From Nitrospinales bacterium (GTDB lineage: Bacteria > Nitrospinota > Nitrospinia > Nitrospinales > JAJDAT01), in NCBI GenBank assembly GCA_046757665.1, contig JBHHYO010000042.1:1-23287 (forward strand): a stretch of DNA of 23,287 bases, in the 5' to 3' direction. The stretch's first letter is position 1; every line of letters begins with the position of its first letter. The notes beneath the pieces were generated by a model. It did not search any database and was not told the origin of the DNA. It was given only the letters and a program-made list of their open reading frames with translations. The position numbers were made by a program, and so were the translations under genes. Positions 17,748 through 23,287 of this stretch are shown piece after piece.

Positions 17748-19060
17748 TAGGCCGATTTTTCCTTAACGGTGACGGGTTCCTTTTTATGTGGCGGTTCGAG
17801 GACGGTGAGGTTGAGTTTCATGATGCGTGCGCCTTTCATCTTTTCCACAACGAATTTGAAGTTTTCATGGGAAACGGCTTCCCCGGACCGCGGCACCCGT
17901 CCGAGGAGCCCGAACACCATGCCGCCTACGGTGTCGAACTTGTCTTCGGGCAAATCGGTTTGAAAATGCTTGTTGAACTCGGCTATCGTCAGGGTGGCGT
18001 TCAACCGATAATGCGTGGCGTCGATCCGGATGACGGGATTTTCCTCATTACGCATTTCGCTGTCGATTTCTCCCACCAGCTCCTCCAGAATATCCTCCAG
18101 CGTAACCAGACCGCAGACACTGCCGTATTCGTCGAGGACAATGGCGATGTGGCGTTTCATTTTTTTAAATTCCTGGAGCAATTCCTTGATCTTTTTTGAT
18201 TCGGGGACAAAAAGGGCTTTGTGGAGGATGTTCCTCAGGTTGAATTTTTCCGGGCTCAAGTGTTTCAGCCGGTTGAGGTCCTTGGTGAAAAGTATTCCCA
18301 GAATCGTCTCGCCCTCGGTATCGTAAATGGGGACGCGGGAGTAGAAATTTTCCATAATTTTGGGAAGAATTTCCTCCAGACTTTCCTCGATTTGCAAGGT
18401 GAACATTTCGATCTTGGGTGTCATAACGGTCGAAACCGTGGTTTCGCCGAACTGGATTACGTTATGAATCATTTTGCTTTCCTGCGCTTCCAGACCGCCG
18501 TCCCCTTCGCCCATGTGGACAATGGCCTTAAACTCCTCTTCGGTGATGGCGGTTTCTTTTTCCCCCGCACCATCCGAGCCCAGGCCCAGCTTGACTATCA
18601 AGCGTTCACCGATCTTGATGAGCAGTTTCTGGAAGGGACGGACGATGGTGGCGAATCCCTTGAGCGGGTAGGCCGCCGCCAGGGAATAGATTTCCGCAAA
18701 TCGCAGTGACAGCGTTTTGGGCAGAATCTCTCCGAACAGGAGGAGCAGGAACGTTCCAAGACCAATGGCAATGCCGATTCCCAGACTGCCGAATATCCCG
18801 ACCGCGATCGACGCGGCAAGAGCGGATATGGCGATGTTGGCCAGTTCGTTACCGATGTAGATGGTGACCAGAAGTTCCCGGGGTTTGCTCAGAAGCCGGT
18901 GAACCAGTTGCCCGGCCTTGCCGCGGGTTTTCTTGATCTCGGCCAGTTGCAGTGGATTGAGGGAGAAAAAGGCAACTTCACATGCCGAGAAAAAGGCGGA
19001 ACAGCCCATCAGGACCAATAATAAAAGTGTGCGAATGAATAGTGAGTCGGATTCGTCCAA
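17747..19060 (-). CDS. CNNM/CorB (HlyC/CorC, DUF21-CBS-CBS-CorC) Mg2+ transporter family protein, upstream copy
   Basis: SAFFSACEVAFFSL, FGEILPK, YSRVPIY, HIAIVLDEYG, TLEDILEELVGEI, FDTVGG; TTG start; stop overlaps the next start (TAATG). Confidence 0.95.
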   Translation of the reverse strand: MDESDSLFIRTLLLLVLMGCSAFFSACEVAFFSLNPLQLAEIKKTRGKAGQLVHRLLSKPRELLVTIYIGNELANIAISALAASIAVGIFGSLGIGIAIGLGTFLLLLFGEILPKTLSLRFAEIYSLAAAYPLKGFATIVRPFQKLLIKIGERLIVKLGLGSDGAGEKETAITEEEFKAIVHMGEGDGGLEAQESKMIHNVIQFGETTVSTVMTPKIEMFTLQIEESLEEILPKIMENFYSRVPIYDTEGETILGILFTKDLNRLKHLSPEKFNLRNILHKALFVPESKKIKELLQEFKKMKRHIAIVLDEYGSVCGLVTLEDILEELVGEIDSEMRNEENPVIRIDATHYRLNATLTIAEFNKHFQTDLPEDKFDTVGGMVFGLLGRVPRSGEAVSHENFKFVVEKMKGARIMKLNLTVLEPPHKKEPVTVKEKSA

Positions 19061-19169
19061 AGTTTTTCAAAGACCTTAATTAAAACCCGGTCAACCCCCG
19101 ATTATGGGCTTTTCGGACCGCCAGGGTGTTTGCCTAAAGCGGGCCGCGGTTTGAAGGTTCCTTCCATTT

Positions 19170-20198
19170 TCATGGGGTGAAATGATCGAATCCCGGAACT
19201 TTGGAGAGAACTTTTCGCTGTCCTCCTTTTCCCATCAGGAAAACCGTTTCCGGGTCGTTGGTGATCTCGCCGATGCAGGCCAGAAGCCTGCCGACTTTAT
19301 CAAATCGGCATATTAAATTTCTAACATTCTCCGGGCTTAAAGTAAATAGCAATTCATAATCCTCCCCTCCCGCCAGAACCAGGTTGCGCGCCGGGATATC
19401 ATTAAGAACCGTAACCTTGTCAAAGGCTTGTGATGTCGGCAGAGACTCTTCCCATAGCACGGCGCCCACACCCGACGCCTTGCAGATATGGGCCAGGTCC
19501 TGCGCCAACCCATCGCTGATATCGATCATGGAGGTGATCCTGGCTCTGGACTTTGCGAGCATTCCCGATTCCGCCATTCGCGGCGTGGGATCGAGGTGCT
19601 TTTGAATCAAGCGGTTTTTGACCGCTTGCGGTCCCGCTATGGATTTTCTCCCGGACTTCAAAATATGCAGGCCCAGCGCCGAGTCGCCCAGGGTTCCCGT
19701 GACGAGAATTTTGTCTCCGGGCCGGGCTCCGGAGCGGCAAAACCAGCGCCTTTGCGCCGCCTCGCCCAACAGGGTGACGGAGATATAAAAATGGCTCGGC
19801 GAGGCAACGGTGTCGCCGCCGGCCAGCTCGATTTGATATTCCTCGGAAATCTCGTTCAAGCCGTCATAAAAACGGTCGAGAAACCGCACGGGCGTTTTGC
19901 GGGGAACGCCGATGGAAACCAGGGCCAGCAGAGGTGTGCCGCCCATGGCGGCAATGTCGCTGATATTCACCGCCAGCGCTTTTCTGCCGAGTTGCCTTGC
20001 CGCCGAGGTCGATAGATCGAAGTGCACCTTCTCGACCAGCGTGTCGCAGGTGACGATCTGCACCTTGCCGCGCCGCCCGTCGTCCCGGTAAACCGCGCAA
20101 TCGTCCCCTATGCCGGCAAGGGTTCGCGGCGAACGGAATTTCAGGCGGGATTGCAGTCTGGCAATCAGGCCAAACTCACCCAGACGGCGTAGACTCAC
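19170..20198 (-). CDS. thiL: Thiamine-monophosphate kinase
   Basis: LGEFGLI, GIGDDCA, DTLVEKVHF, AVNISDIAAMGG, GGDT, RSGARPGD, DISDGL, GGEDYELLFT, C-terminal GFDHF. Confidence 0.97.
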   Translation of the reverse strand: MSLRRLGEFGLIARLQSRLKFRSPRTLAGIGDDCAVYRDDGRRGKVQIVTCDTLVEKVHFDLSTSAARQLGRKALAVNISDIAAMGGTPLLALVSIGVPRKTPVRFLDRFYDGLNEISEEYQIELAGGDTVASPSHFYISVTLLGEAAQRRWFCRSGARPGDKILVTGTLGDSALGLHILKSGRKSIAGPQAVKNRLIQKHLDPTPRMAESGMLAKSRARITSMIDISDGLAQDLAHICKASGVGAVLWEESLPTSQAFDKVTVLNDIPARNLVLAGGEDYELLFTLSPENVRNLICRFDKVGRLLACIGEITNDPETVFLMGKGGQRKVLSKVPGFDHFTP

Positions 20199-20225
20199 GG
20201 CGTTTGCCCATCCTTGGCCCGGCGC

Positions 20226-20456
20226 TCAGGCATTTTTGAAAAGTTCACTGGTGAAGGAATCCACGTCGAACCGTTTGTCGATTTGAATCGTTACCTTGTC
20301 GCCGACTTTCATCCGCGAGTTTTTGAGTTCCTCGAGGTCCAGGGTGAAATCCATGTCCTCCTCGGTCTGGTGTAGCCAGATGCTGACGGTTCGCAGAACG
20401 TCCGCCTTGTTTGGCGGACAGGATATCTCGGTGATTTCGCCTTCTATTTTAATCAT
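20226..20456 (-). CDS. Small hypothetical protein (76 aa), beta-rich
   Basis: ATG at 20456 preceded by AAAGGA; protein-like composition (MIKIEGEITEIS...MKVGDKVTIQI); 27 nt upstream of thiL on the same strand. Confidence 0.75.
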   Translation of the reverse strand: MIKIEGEITEISCPPNKADVLRTVSIWLHQTEEDMDFTLDLEELKNSRMKVGDKVTIQIDKRFDVDSFTSELFKNA

Positions 20457-20558
20457 GCTCGCGCAATCCTTTCGTTGATTTTGAGGTAGATGTCCAGTTC
20501 CATTTAACCACAGAGACACCGGGACACCGAGAAAAAATTCATCCCGCGGGCGTTGCCC

Positions 20559-20595
20559 GCCCTGTCATGGTGAGCCCGTCGAACCATGACAGGGC
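20559..20595. repeat. REP-like palindrome, same family as 9328-9354 and 9364-9390
   Basis: Perfect 13-bp stem GCCCTGTCATGGT/ACCATGACAGGGC around the 11-nt loop GAGCCCGTCGA. Confidence 0.75.
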
Positions 20596-20744
20596 TGACC
20601 CTTGCTCCGCGTGGGAACGGAGCCTTGCGCCGCTCCGCGGCTTGTCGTTTGACGCAGGAGTGTAGGAACCAGGAATGTACGAGGAATTCGGGGGATGGAA
20701 GTTAATTTGAAGCGTGTTTCCCAAACCTCTTCAGCAACAAGCCG

Positions 20745-21377
20745 CTAAAGATCGGCGACCAGCCAGACATCGTAAATTTTGGATGTGACGTGGTGCCAGA
20801 ATATGGCGCCGATATTGAAATGGATCAGCCAGACGGCGCTGTCTCCCTCCCGGCAAATTTTCTTCTGGTAGCGGTCCTCAATGCTGGTGACTTTCTGGCA
20901 GGTCGTGGTGGTCCAGTAATGGTGGCCCTTGCCGTCGTCGAAGACCGGATTGACCCAGGCTTTCTTGCCGCTGGAGTTGCGCGTTTTTTCGTGGTAGAGC
21001 AGGGTTTTTAACTCCGGTAGCGTCGGCAGTCTCCATCCCATTTTATCTCCGACGATAAAGGAGTCGGCAAAACCCTTGGCTTCCTTCAGACTCATGGGTT
21101 TGAGAAGGCCCTTTTTGATCCATAGCAGGTGGTTGACCTTGTCGGTTACGGTGCCGTCTCCGTTATCGACGAATTCGGGTTCGGGAAGAAACTCGACGGT
21201 CTTGTTGGGAACCTTTTTGCATTCGACGATCATGGGGCCGGCTTCGGGGCACTTGTCGAGAATGGCGAACGGGTTCATATGCCGCGCCATCTCGCAGATA
21301 GCCTCTTTCTCGCACTGGGCGTAAAGCGAGACCGGCGCCGACAAAAGAAAAACCATTATCAAAAGGGCAATCGGCAT
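20745..21377 (-). CDS. Secreted DUF1566 (Lcl C-terminal-like) domain protein (210 aa)
   Basis: FVDNGDGTVTDKVNHLLW, GWRLPTLPELKTL, YWTTT, AVWLIHF; signal peptide MPIALLIMVFLLSAPVSLYA; AAAGGAG SD before ATG 21377. Confidence 0.88.
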   Translation of the reverse strand: MPIALLIMVFLLSAPVSLYAQCEKEAICEMARHMNPFAILDKCPEAGPMIVECKKVPNKTVEFLPEPEFVDNGDGTVTDKVNHLLWIKKGLLKPMSLKEAKGFADSFIVGDKMGWRLPTLPELKTLLYHEKTRNSSGKKAWVNPVFDDGKGHHYWTTTTCQKVTSIEDRYQKKICREGDSAVWLIHFNIGAIFWHHVTSKIYDVWLVADL

Positions 21378-21506
21378 TGAAACTCCTTTTATGTTGTGCA
21401 AATTCCGAGCGGTCTGATGGAGAAAATCATACTATAATTTTTCCGAAAAGAATCCTTAAAAATAGATCGGAAATCGGCTATATAAGATAAGAATTTTCCT
21501 ATCCGT

Positions 21507-22331
21507 TCAGCCCAGGCAGGTGTCAAGCGCTTCAAAGGCTTCCCGGCTTTTCATGGGAAGAAAATATTCGGTGCGTGCGATGTTGTTGGCGGATGAGTCG
21601 GGATTGATGGTGATGACCTCCGTGCCCGCCCGCATCAAACTGAGGGCGATAAAGTCGTTGGTGGGTACGGCACCCGAGCTTCCGACCAGGAGGGCTACAT
21701 CGACAGGTTGCTGTATGAAGCGGCGGAAGTTTTCTTCCTGCTCCGGATGGCCGCAATATTCGGCGTCGCCGAACATCAGGATATGCGGCCGGGCGATGGT
21801 GTGGCATCGGCGGCAAGTGGGGAAACCGGAAGCCCGCATGGTTTCCGTGGCGAGATCGCACAGGGGCACCGCGCATTCGTCCCAGAAGTCGGGGGTACAC
21901 GCATCCAGACATTGCAGGCGCCACATGGAACCGTGAACCTCCATCACCCGGTTCGCCGGGCATCCGGAGCGCAGATGGTAGCCGTCCGTGTTGGTTGTGT
22001 GGATGAAAGCGTCCTCGAACCGCTCGGCCATCCAGCGGTTGATGATCTCGTATCCCTTGTGAGGTTTATTCTCGTGGGCGTTGCGCCGCCGCCATTCATA
22101 GAAGGCCCAGGCATGGGGGAGGACGTTGCGGAAAGCCCACGGACTGGCCAGGTCCTGGGCTTCCAGGCCTTTTTCCTTAAACGGCGGGAAGTTTTTCCAA
22201 TACCCGTCCTTGTCCCGAAACGTGGGGATATTCGAGTCGGCGCTCATGCCGGCGCTGGTGAGAAACAGCGCCCTCCGGGCCTTGGATAATATTGCCGCGG
22301 CCTGCCGCGTCTTTTCTTGAAAATTGCCCAT
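21507..22331 (-). CDS. Sir2/CobB-family NAD-dependent protein deacylase with divergent motifs
   Basis: LTSAGMSADSNIPTFR, FYEWRR, TTNTDGYH, EVHGS, CLDAC...CRRC zinc site, RPHILMFGD, VGSSGAV, INP. Confidence 0.9.
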   Translation of the reverse strand: MGNFQEKTRQAAAILSKARRALFLTSAGMSADSNIPTFRDKDGYWKNFPPFKEKGLEAQDLASPWAFRNVLPHAWAFYEWRRRNAHENKPHKGYEIINRWMAERFEDAFIHTTNTDGYHLRSGCPANRVMEVHGSMWRLQCLDACTPDFWDECAVPLCDLATETMRASGFPTCRRCHTIARPHILMFGDAEYCGHPEQEENFRRFIQQPVDVALLVGSSGAVPTNDFIALSLMRAGTEVITINPDSSANNIARTEYFLPMKSREAFEALDTCLG

Positions 22332-22496
22332 TCCAGCCCCATTTCATGTCATGCCGCTTCTCCAAAGAGAGTGTGGCGGACTATGGATGTCTCCTTGTTA
22401 TTTCAAAACCAACGGCGAATTTCGGAATACAGAAGCCGGTTTGGAAGGACGGCAACCCGGTTGTGCGTTGAGCCCCTCGGTGAAACAAGGGAGTTG

Positions 22497-23189
22497 CTAA
22501 CGCGGACGGTGCAGGCCGCATTCCTTGTGTTCCGGGTTTTCCCACCACCACCGGCCCGCCCTGGGGTCTTCGCCCGGTTCTGTAGGACGGGTGCAGGGCG
22601 CGCATCCTATGCTGGTGTAATTCATTTTATGCAAAGGGTTTACGAGCAGTTTTCGAGTCTTGACATAATCCTCGACCTGGGCCTGTGTCCAGTCTGCCAG
22701 CGGGTTAATCTTGATGAGCGGCGGATGGTCGATATCCTCTTCCACCTTGTGGACGTTTGTCCGAGTAACCCCCTGATCCCGGCGCAGTCCGGTGATCCAC
22801 GCATCCAGGTTTTCCAGAGCCCGTTTCAGAGGTTCCACTTTGCGGATGCCGCAACATTCCCGGCGGTTTTCCAGGCTTTCGCGGAACGAAAAAAAACCTT
22901 TTTCCCGCACCAACCGCTCGACGGCCTCCTCTTTTGGGAAATAAGTTTCAATGGTCAGTCCGTATCTTGACCGCACCCGGTCGATCGTCTCGTAGGTTTC
23001 CTCATGCAGTCTGCCGGTATCCAGCGTAAAAACAGCAAGTTGTCCGTCCAATTTGGAGATCATGTCGATCAGCACCATATCCTCCGGGCCAAAACTTGAA
23101 GCCAGGGCGGCGCGGCGGCCAAATTTTCCACAAGCCCATTGCAAAATTTCCTGAGCCGATTTGGATTCCAATTCCTCGAAATTCTTCAA
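22497..23189 (-). CDS. cysH: Adenosine-5'-phosphosulfate (APS/PAPS) reductase, 4Fe-4S type
   Basis: ASSFG, LDTGRL, CCGIRKVEPL, WITGLRRDQ, KINPLADW, SIGCAPCT, RAGRWWWE, KECGLH. The CC...CxxC motif marks the Fe-S, usually APS-preferring, subclass. Confidence 0.96.
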   Translation of the reverse strand: MKNFEELESKSAQEILQWACGKFGRRAALASSFGPEDMVLIDMISKLDGQLAVFTLDTGRLHEETYETIDRVRSRYGLTIETYFPKEEAVERLVREKGFFSFRESLENRRECCGIRKVEPLKRALENLDAWITGLRRDQGVTRTNVHKVEEDIDHPPLIKINPLADWTQAQVEDYVKTRKLLVNPLHKMNYTSIGCAPCTRPTEPGEDPRAGRWWWENPEHKECGLHRPR

Positions 23190-23213
23190 AATATTCCCCC
23201 GGGTTTTGTGAAA

Positions 23214-23229
23214 AATTGATTTATCAATT
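23214..23229. promoter_or_regulatory. Palindromic operator-like site upstream of cysH
   Basis: AATTGAT-TT-ATCAATT, a perfect 7-bp inverted repeat 24 nt upstream of the cysH start. Confidence 0.4.
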
Positions 23230-23287
23230 GGTTGAACCCAACTTGCGAGTCGTCAAGGGCAACAAGTTGCAGAGTTCATCACATTAT

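Noticed and set aside
20520..21377. DUF1566 gene as a diversity-generating retroelement target
   Set aside because: No template repeat or reverse transcriptase in the window; a remote DGR cannot be excluded from this window alone.
21507..22331. Sir2 as an anti-phage NADase (Thoeris/DSR type)
   Set aside because: Stand-alone CobB-sized protein with a Zn module and YxxR; no defence partners nearby.
22430..22470. SRP (4.5S) RNA domain IV look-alike CCGGTTTGGAAGGACGGCAAC
   Set aside because: Lacks the conserved CAGG and AGCAG internal-loop residues, and the stem would be weak.

Overview
Mostly housekeeping bacterial chromosomal segment. The gene order and protein flavour suggest a Nitrospinota or Deltaproteobacteria-like organism, but that is an unverified impression. 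From left to right: an acidic single-pass membrane protein (-); a GT2 glycosyltransferase, an M50 site-2 protease, trpS, a decayed MNT-HEPN toxin-antitoxin cassette, then ileS-lspA-lgt (+); a 131-bp inverted-repeat element; yajQ (-); an MMPL/RND permease (+); and a long minus-strand run with two secreted TPR paralogs, two tandem CNNM/CorB (DUF21-CBS-CorC) genes, thiL, a 76-aa hypothetical protein, a secreted DUF1566 protein, an atypical sirtuin and an Fe-S type cysH. I found no CRISPR array, rRNA/tRNA, transposase or clearly novel multi-gene system. The strongest second-look items are: (i) one base, C4857, that would account for loss of both the antitoxin stop and the toxin start; (ii) a 27-bp hairpin family with a conserved loop and covarying stems (3 copies), two of them nested in a MITE-like element; (iii) the TPR duplication, with patchy identity, a conserved promoter and an 84-nt in-frame insert; (iv) a TrpRS with a 4Fe-4S-type Cys motif; (v) a sirtuin with divergent NAD-site motifs.
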